Made by a program: the position numbers and the translations under genes. The notes under the pieces were generated by a model. That model was not told the DNA's origin. It worked only from the letters and a program-made list of their open reading frames with translations, and searched no databases. Shown one piece after another: positions 58,660 through 64,000 of a stretch of DNA of 64,000 nt. Each line of letters opens with the position of its first letter. The stretch's first letter is position 1. The stretch comes from Candidatus Dormiibacterota bacterium (GTDB lineage Bacteria; Chloroflexota; Dormibacteria; Aeolococcales; Aeolococcaceae), in NCBI GenBank assembly GCA_035652335.1, contig DASRDZ010000077.1, positions 17,025 through 81,024 of the forward strand, given 5' to 3'.

Positions 58660-59193
58660 CTAGACGGACAGAAGGAAGCCCGACACGCCGCAGAGAAGCC
58701 CCACGACGAGCATCACCGCGCCGCTCTGGATCGCTAGAACCTTGCTGTCCTCGACGCCCTTGTTCTTCTTCCAGGCCGTAACGGCACGCGATGACAGCAT
58801 CTCCAAGACGTTCGCTTCGTCGTCCCCGAAGTGGTGGGTATGCAGGCCCTCGGGATCGACGGTCTCAATCGCCCGCGGCCACCAGACGATGAAGCCGGCG
58901 ACGATGGAGCCAAGAAAGAGCACCGCGGCGACGATGCACAGACAGTAGGCCAGCAGATGGGTCGGCGGGTGGGTTGCCAATGCCGTCAGGAACCCCGCCA
59001 GCGCGGCGCCGGAGGCAGCGACCTCGAACGAAGCCTTCAAGTCCAGCGAGTTGAGGTGAGCGTGCTGGTCCGAGAGGAGACGAAGGTTGGTGTCGCACAC
59101 CAGCCGGGCGCTCGGGAGGGAGACATCGTCGTGCTCGGACTCGGCGACACGGAGCGGCGGCGTCATACCGAACAATTGTACTGATCTCGTCAA
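58660..59193 (-). CDS. Hypothetical small integral membrane protein (3 predicted TM helices)
   Basis: 177 aa with a soluble N-terminal ~65 aa, then a TM pair (LAGFLTALA.. / LLAYCLCIVAAVLFLGSIVAGFIVWW), a short basic loop and a C-terminal TM. Confidence 0.45.
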   Translation of the reverse strand: MTRSVQLFGMTPPLRVAESEHDDVSLPSARLVCDTNLRLLSDQHAHLNSLDLKASFEVAASGAALAGFLTALATHPPTHLLAYCLCIVAAVLFLGSIVAGFIVWWPRAIETVDPEGLHTHHFGDDEANVLEMLSSRAVTAWKKNKGVEDSKVLAIQSGAVMLVVGLLCGVSGFLLSV

Positions 59194-59571
59194 GAAGTGG
59201 CGCCCCCCCGCCTGCCGCGGACGGCGACCAGCGCAGAGGGGCGGCTCCCCGCGCGCGTACCCACATCCTTACGCACGCACATAGGCGACAGGTGGGTACA
59301 CGAGGGCATGGCGGCGCTCCCGACAGACCGATTCTGAGCACAAGCCGTGCCCTTCTGTGCCCCCGCACCATCCGAAGGTCGCTCTGGAAATGCGCGCATT
59401 TCGCAGGACGGTGCTACGTGGTGTCGCCAGTCGCCGGCCTGGCACAGTCTTGCCTGTCCTACGGACGCCAGCGGCGCGCAGCCTGTGGCCGCATGCTGGC
59501 ACTCGCTCCGTGGGAGTGCTAGCCTGTCGTCCGAAGCTACGCGACGTGCACCCGCCACGGAGGAAGCCGGA

Positions 59572-59949
59572 TTGTTGACCAACGACCTGTTCTACGCCGC
59601 CGAGAAGTTCCACCAAGCGCTCGACGCGCTCGCAACAGGGGAGGGCGTGTTGCGTGAGCGGCTCATCACCGCATGCATGTGCAACATCACTGCTCACCGG
59701 GCACACCCAATGCGCGCTGGCCTTGGGCCGAAGATGCCTGCCGAGCTAGTCGAGCGGATCTACGATTTCACGGACCGCGTGACTGCTACAGCGGCAGTGG
59801 GTAACGAGGGCACGCTCACCGCCACGCTCAACGCCATGTCCGACGAGGAACTACGCAGCACCGCCGAGGAGTTGTCTTCCCTCAGCCTGAAGGTCATCGA
59901 GACCTTCGAGCGCGACGACGCGCGGTCGAGTTCCACGTCAGGGGTGTAG
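59572..59949 (+). CDS. Hypothetical alpha-helical protein
   Basis: GGAGGA RBS ~8 nt before the TTG-TTG at 59572/59575. ~125 aa (LLTNDLFYAAEKFHQALDALATGEGVLRERL...). No recognisable family. Confidence 0.4.
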   Translation: MLTNDLFYAAEKFHQALDALATGEGVLRERLITACMCNITAHRAHPMRAGLGPKMPAELVERIYDFTDRVTATAAVGNEGTLTATLNAMSDEELRSTAEELSSLSLKVIETFERDDARSSSTSGV

Positions 59950-60090
59950 CTGCCGTTGCGATCTCCCACTGGTCCCGGCCGCAGCGGTGTGGGTCGCGCC
60001 CTCCCAAGCGAGGAAGGTAGCCCAAGCACGGCGGGCCTGGTTCACAAACCGAGGCGATAAGCGAACTGGACTCCCCTGTCGATTTCGGCA

Positions 60091-60165
60091 GTGGAGCGGG
60101 AGACGGGGCTCGAACCCGCAACTTCAACCTTGGGAAGGTTGCACTCTACCGTTGAGTTACTCCCG
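60091..60165 (-). tRNA. tRNA-Gly (anticodon CCC)
   Basis: Reverse complement GCGGGAGTAACTCAACGGTAGAGTGCAACCTTCCCAAGGTTGAAGTTGCGGGTTCGAGCCCCGTCTCCCGCTCCA. Cloverleaf with a 7-bp acceptor, anticodon loop TTCCCAA, T-loop TTCGAGC, discriminator U and CCA. Confidence 0.85.
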
Positions 60166-60229
60166 CTCGACGGCCGGCGCCGAGTCTAGCACCCCCCGCG
60201 GCCGGGCCCCGGTGCTACCGTCCCTGCCC

Positions 60230-60508
60230 ATGATCACCGCGTTCCTCATGCTCGTCTGCGAGCCGGCGCGCATCCACCAGGTGGGCCGAGCGCTGGCCGA
60301 CGCCGACGGCGTGGCCGAGGTCTACACCACGACGGGCGACATCGACTTCATCGCAGTAGTGCGAGTGCAAGACCTGGACGCCCTGGCCACGCTGGTCACC
60401 GAGCGCGTGTCCACGCTTCCCGGCGTCTCGCGCACCACCACCCACCTGGCCATGCGCTCCTACGGCCGCGCCGAGGTCGCCGCCGCCTACGACATCGGGC
60501 TTGACTGA
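60230..60508 (+). CDS. Stand-alone Lrp/AsnC-type ligand-binding (RAM) domain protein. No HTH.
   Basis: 92 aa (MITAFLMLVCEPARIHQVGRALADADGVAEVYTTTGDIDFIAVVRVQDLDALATLVTERVSTLPGVSRTTTHLAM) matching the AsnC C-terminal domain only. Confidence 0.7.
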   Translation: MITAFLMLVCEPARIHQVGRALADADGVAEVYTTTGDIDFIAVVRVQDLDALATLVTERVSTLPGVSRTTTHLAMRSYGRAEVAAAYDIGLD

Positions 60509-61193
60509 CGCGCCTGCGCTGGAGGCGCGCCAGGTCCGGCGCAGCCTGCCGCTCGGCGACCAGCGGATCGAGATCCTCCGGGGCATCGACCTCGTCATCC
60601 AGCCCGGTGAGTCGGTCGCGCTGATGGGCCCGAGCGGCAGCGGGAAGTCGACGCTGCTGGGCATCCTCGCCGGCCTCGACCATCCCACCGAGGGACACGT
60701 GCTGGTCGACGGCATCGACATCACCGACATGCCCGAGTCGCGCCTCGCGGTGGTGCGCAACGCGAAGATCGGCATGGTCTTCCAGGCGTTCAACCTCATC
60801 CCCACGTTGACCGCACAGGAGAACGTCGAGGTCCCCCTCTACGTGGGCGACCACCCCGGCTCCGCCGCCGAGCGCGCCCGCCAGATGCTCGACCTCGTCG
60901 GGCTCGCCCACCGAACCGGCCACAAGCCCAACCAGCTGAGCGGCGGCGAGCAGCAGCGCGTCGCCATCGCCCGCGCGCTGGCCACCGACCCGGCCATCGT
61001 CATCGCCGACGAGCCCACCGGGAACCTCGACGCGCACACCGGCGACCTCGTCCTCCAGCTGCTCGCCGACCTCCGCGCCCGGCTGGGCACCACCTACCTC
61101 ATCGCCACCCACGACCAGCGGATCGCGGCGCGCGCCGAGCGGACCCTGACCATCGTCGACGGGTTGCTCGAGAACCACCAGGCGCCGCGGTAA
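60501..61193 (+). CDS. ABC transporter ATP-binding protein, MacB/LolD (FtsE-like) subfamily
   Basis: [41 protein letters not shown] start that overlaps the upstream stop. Confidence 0.85.
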   Translation: MTDAPALEARQVRRSLPLGDQRIEILRGIDLVIQPGESVALMGPSGSGKSTLLGILAGLDHPTEGHVLVDGIDITDMPESRLAVVRNAKIGMVFQAFNLIPTLTAQENVEVPLYVGDHPGSAAERARQMLDLVGLAHRTGHKPNQLSGGEQQRVAIARALATDPAIVIADEPTGNLDAHTGDLVLQLLADLRARLGTTYLIATHDQRIAARAERTLTIVDGLLENHQAPR

Positions 61194-61198
61194 CCACC

Positions 61199-63952
61199 AT
61201 GCGTGGCCGCAACCGCCTCTACCTCTCCTACGCCTTCCGCTCCCTCCGACGCGGCGGCCAGCGCAGCCTGCTGGCGATCTTCTGCGTCGCCGTCGGCGTC
61301 ATGGCGGTGGTGGCGCTGCGCCTCGCGGGTGACATGGTCAGCCTCTCGCTGACCAGCAACGTCCGCGAGGTCAACGGCGGCGACGTGTCGATGCAGTCGA
61401 CTGCGCTGCCCCTGGCGCGCTCCGACCTGCAGCCGCTCGACCAGCTGAAGCAGCAGGGCCTGGTCACCGACTGGATCGGCCTGGGCACCTCGCAGGCCGC
61501 GACGGTGCGCAAGCTGCCGGGCGGCCACTCGGTGACCGTCCCCCTGTACGTGGTCGACGACCCGTCACACTTCCCCCTCGTCGGCGCGGGAGAGCTCGAC
61601 CAGCCGTCGGGCGCGACGTATGCGCAGCGGTTGAAGGACGGCACCGTCGTCGTGTCGCGCTTCGTCGCCGACGAGGGCGAGCTGGCGCCGGGCGACCGTG
61701 CCCACGTCACCGTCGCCGGCGGCCAGGGCACCGACGTGACCGTCGGCGGCGTCGCCCCCAACACGCGCTTCGCCGGGCAGATCGCCGTCGGCTACGTCAC
61801 CCGGGCCACCTACACGCAGCTGGTGCCCGACGCGCAACCCCGCTACGGCCTGGTCGAGCTCACCACGCCGAGCAGCGACGCCGCCTCGCAGGTGGCCACC
61901 GACCTGCGCAACGACTTCCCCCAGGCGACGGTGATCACCGTGCAGGACGCCGTCGACGAGAACGTCCAGGCCTCCACCGACACCAGCCGCTTCCTGCAGA
62001 TCGTCGGGCTCCTCGCCCTGCTCATCGGCGGCGTCGGCATCGTCAACACCATGCAGGTCATGCTCTCGCGCCGCCGCGTCGAGATCGCCATGCTCAAGAC
62101 CAGCGGCTACCGCCGTCGCGACCTCTACGCGCTCTTCGCCGTGGAGGCCGGCATGCTCGGCCTCGCCGGGGGCACGCTCGGCACCGCGGTCGGCGTCGGC
62201 CTCAGTGACGTCGTGCGCATCCTCGTGCAGAACCTCTTCAACATCCCCATCACCTTCAGCATCGACGCAGGGACGGTGGCCACCGGAGTGCTGATCGGCC
62301 TGCTGACGTCGCTCATCTTCGGGCTGCTGCCCATCGTGCGGGCTGCCGCGGTGCGTCCCGTTGCGGTGCTGCGCGACCTGGGCGAGGGCACCAGCGCCGG
62401 CAGCGCCGCGCAGACCGTCGGGCTGTACGCCCTGCTGGTGCTGCTCTTCACCGCACTCAGCGCGGGGTTGCTGGGCAGCCTCGGCGTCGCCATCGCCTCG
62501 GTCATCGGCGCGCTGGTGGTGATCCTCCTCCTCGCCGGCATCTTCGCGGGGATCGTCACCCTGATCGGCCACCTGCCCGTCCCCGAGCGACCGGCGCCGG
62601 CGCAGATCGTCGCCGCAGTTGCGGTGCTCGCGCTGTCGCTGCTCATCACGGTGAGCCAGCGGGCGGTCGGCACCTGCCTGCTCATCGGCGCCATCGCCTA
62701 CACGATCATGGTGCTGCTGCCCCGCAACCGCCGCACCTCGGTGAAGCTCGCGCTGCGCTCGCTGGCGCGCGCCCGCGGACGCACCACGGCGACGCTGGTG
62801 GCGCTGTTCGCCGGCGTCTTCACCATCGGCCTCATCCTCGTCCTCGGCCAGAACATCACCAGCAAGATCGAGAGCGGGATCAGCAAGGCGACCAACTTCA
62901 ACGTCTTCGCCATCGCCTCCTCGCGCGACGCCGCCAAGGCCAGGGCGACGACGCAGAACCTCGCCGGGGTGCAGGAGCGGCGCATCACCGAGGACGTCGC
63001 CACCACCCCGACGCAGATCAACGGCCAGCCGCTCAGCTCCGCCCTCCCGGCGCAGCCGCAGCCCTCGCCCGCCGCCAATCCCGAACGCAACGCGTTCCGG
63101 CTCAGCGCGCTCAACGGCGTGGAGGGCTACGACCTCGGCTCCGGCCAGCTCCCCGACACCACGGCGAGCCTCGGCCGCGTCCTCGACGGCGGCGACGCCG
63201 GCAGCACCAACGTGATGCTGCGCAACGACATCCACACCGGCGACCTGCACATCCAGGTCGGCGACACCGTCACCCTGCAGCAGACCACCACCGGCAGGAG
63301 CGTCACGGTCACCGTCGTCGGGTTCTACACGACGGTGAGCCGCACCAGCAGCGGCCTGGTCTTCCGCACCTTCTTCAGCCCGGTCGTCGCCGACGTCTCG
63401 GTGGTGCAGAAGCTCGGGCTCGACCAGGCCAGCACGGTGATCGGCATGAAGCTCGACCCGCAGCAGAGCCGGGCCGCGCTGACCACCCTCGACGACGCGC
63501 TCCCCGATGCCACCATCATCAACCTCGCCGACTTCGGCGCCATCGTGAACGAGATCGTCAGCAACCTGGTCAACCTGCTGATCGCGCTGGCCAGCCTCGC
63601 CCTCTTCGCCGGGATCATCATCATCGCCAACGCGGTGGCCCTGGCCATGCTGGAGCGGCGGCGCGAGATCGGCATCCTCAAGTCGGTGGGACACACCAGC
63701 ACCAGCGTGCTGGGACAGGTGCTGGTGGAGAACGGCACCGTCGGCGCCATCGCCGGGATCACCGGGATGCTGCTGGTCACGGTGGCCACCGCCCTGCTGG
63801 GCGCCTACGTGCTCGACACCGACCTCAGCGTGGGCGGGCCCATCGTCGCCGCCGTCGCGGTCGGCGTCACCGCGCTGACCACAGTCACCGCGGCTCTGGT
63901 CGCCTGGGGTCCGACACGCGCGCGTCCACTCGACGTGCTGCGATACGAATAG
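61199..63952 (+). CDS. FtsX-like ABC permease with duplicated FtsX/MacB domains (917 aa)
   Basis: Two MacB-type periplasmic/FtsX modules, each followed by a 3-TM bundle (..FLQIVGLLALLIGGVGIVNTMQVMLSRRRVEIAMLKTSG.. and ..NLLIALASLALFAGIIIIANAVALAMLERRREIGILKSVG..). Confidence 0.8.
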   Translation: MRGRNRLYLSYAFRSLRRGGQRSLLAIFCVAVGVMAVVALRLAGDMVSLSLTSNVREVNGGDVSMQSTALPLARSDLQPLDQLKQQGLVTDWIGLGTSQAATVRKLPGGHSVTVPLYVVDDPSHFPLVGAGELDQPSGATYAQRLKDGTVVVSRFVADEGELAPGDRAHVTVAGGQGTDVTVGGVAPNTRFAGQIAVGYVTRATYTQLVPDAQPRYGLVELTTPSSDAASQVATDLRNDFPQATVITVQDAVDENVQASTDTSRFLQIVGLLALLIGGVGIVNTMQVMLSRRRVEIAMLKTSGYRRRDLYALFAVEAGMLGLAGGTLGTAVGVGLSDVVRILVQNLFNIPITFSIDAGTVATGVLIGLLTSLIFGLLPIVRAAAVRPVAVLRDLGEGTSAGSAAQTVGLYALLVLLFTALSAGLLGSLGVAIASVIGALVVILLLAGIFAGIVTLIGHLPVPERPAPAQIVAAVAVLALSLLITVSQRAVGTCLLIGAIAYTIMVLLPRNRRTSVKLALRSLARARGRTTATLVALFAGVFTIGLILVLGQNITSKIESGISKATNFNVFAIASSRDAAKARATTQNLAGVQERRITEDVATTPTQINGQPLSSALPAQPQPSPAANPERNAFRLSALNGVEGYDLGSGQLPDTTASLGRVLDGGDAGSTNVMLRNDIHTGDLHIQVGDTVTLQQTTTGRSVTVTVVGFYTTVSRTSSGLVFRTFFSPVVADVSVVQKLGLDQASTVIGMKLDPQQSRAALTTLDDALPDATIINLADFGAIVNEIVSNLVNLLIALASLALFAGIIIIANAVALAMLERRREIGILKSVGHTSTSVLGQVLVENGTVGAIAGITGMLLVTVATALLGAYVLDTDLSVGGPIVAAVAVGVTALTTVTAALVAWGPTRARPLDVLRYE

Positions 63953-64000
63953 CCGCCGCCCGGTCTACGGCAGGTCGACCACCGACGAGGTGGCGATGCG

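Larger units (their letters stand above)
49519..60090. mobile_element. Putative integrated genomic island (~10.5 kb) abutting the 3' end of tRNA-Gly(CCC). It is bounded distally by the truncated serine recombinase.
   Basis: Visibly lower GC and AT-rich leaders (e.g. gtaggagaacataaATG at 54758) compared with flanking DNA. A recombinase remnant lies at one end and a tRNA at the other. The cargo is secreted proteins, an ECF sigma fusion and sigma pseudogene fragments. Confidence 0.45.

Noticed and set aside
1-64000. CRISPR arrays, rRNA genes, IS elements with inverted repeats
   Set aside because: No regularly spaced direct repeats, no rRNA-like conserved blocks and no transposase-like ORFs were seen. 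The only mobility gene is the truncated serine recombinase.
63965-64000. 3' end of a minus-strand gene entering from beyond the window
   Set aside because: Only ~11 codons are visible (…RIATSSVVDLP*), too little to call a product.

Overview
This is a high-GC (about 70%+) chromosomal window from a Gram-positive, actinobacterial-type organism, dense with genes, many sharing ATGA/GTGA start-stop overlaps. The calls below come from reading the six-frame track against the sequence; nothing here was searched or computed, so all identifications rest on my recognition of motifs and family-level resemblance.

- **1-13.4 kb:** one long co-directional cluster. It runs from a Liv-type ABC permease tail, through an unusual MFS-LivF-LivG fusion, to a MoxR / DUF58 / transglutaminase-like triad. 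It continues with a lipoprotein, a membrane-anchored binding-protein-like gene and a large glycoside-hydrolase-like protein.
- **13.5-24.7 kb:** a solitary Flp pilin gene with a clean terminator, then housekeeping genes. These are an aldo-keto reductase, NRAMP, ArsR, ppk-aroC (overlapping), TauE, RibF and a WYL regulator divergent from a DinB-like gene.
- **24.8-40.9 kb:** a PIG-L deacetylase, two convergent ABC-2 exporters, Usp, MMPL and an XRE-HTH plus minimal nucleotidyltransferase pair (TA/AbiE-like). Then MarR-MFS and a receiver / LAL-LuxR / hemerythrin-ABM / STAS / ECF-sigma cluster.
- **40.9-49.5 kb:** two adjacent secreted enzymes that both end in sortase-type sorting signals. One is a Tat-signal flavin amine oxidase and the other a beta-propeller. 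Downstream lie an aldolase-kinase pair, a bicupin behind an AT-rich palindrome, DUF1905 and a second PIG-L deacetylase.
- **49.5-60.1 kb:** a compositionally distinct, lower-GC block bounded by an N-terminally truncated large serine recombinase and a tRNA-Gly(CCC). It carries a single-chain ECF-sigma / TM / BNR-propeller fusion, a secreted metzincin protease, several secreted unknowns and sigma-factor remnants. A small membrane-protein operon sits beside the tRNA. I read this as an integrated island.
- **60.2-64.0 kb:** a stand-alone Lrp/AsnC ligand-binding domain and a MacB-like ABC ATPase plus FtsX permease.

Many long ORFs in the track are antisense or out-of-frame high-GC artefacts and were rejected.
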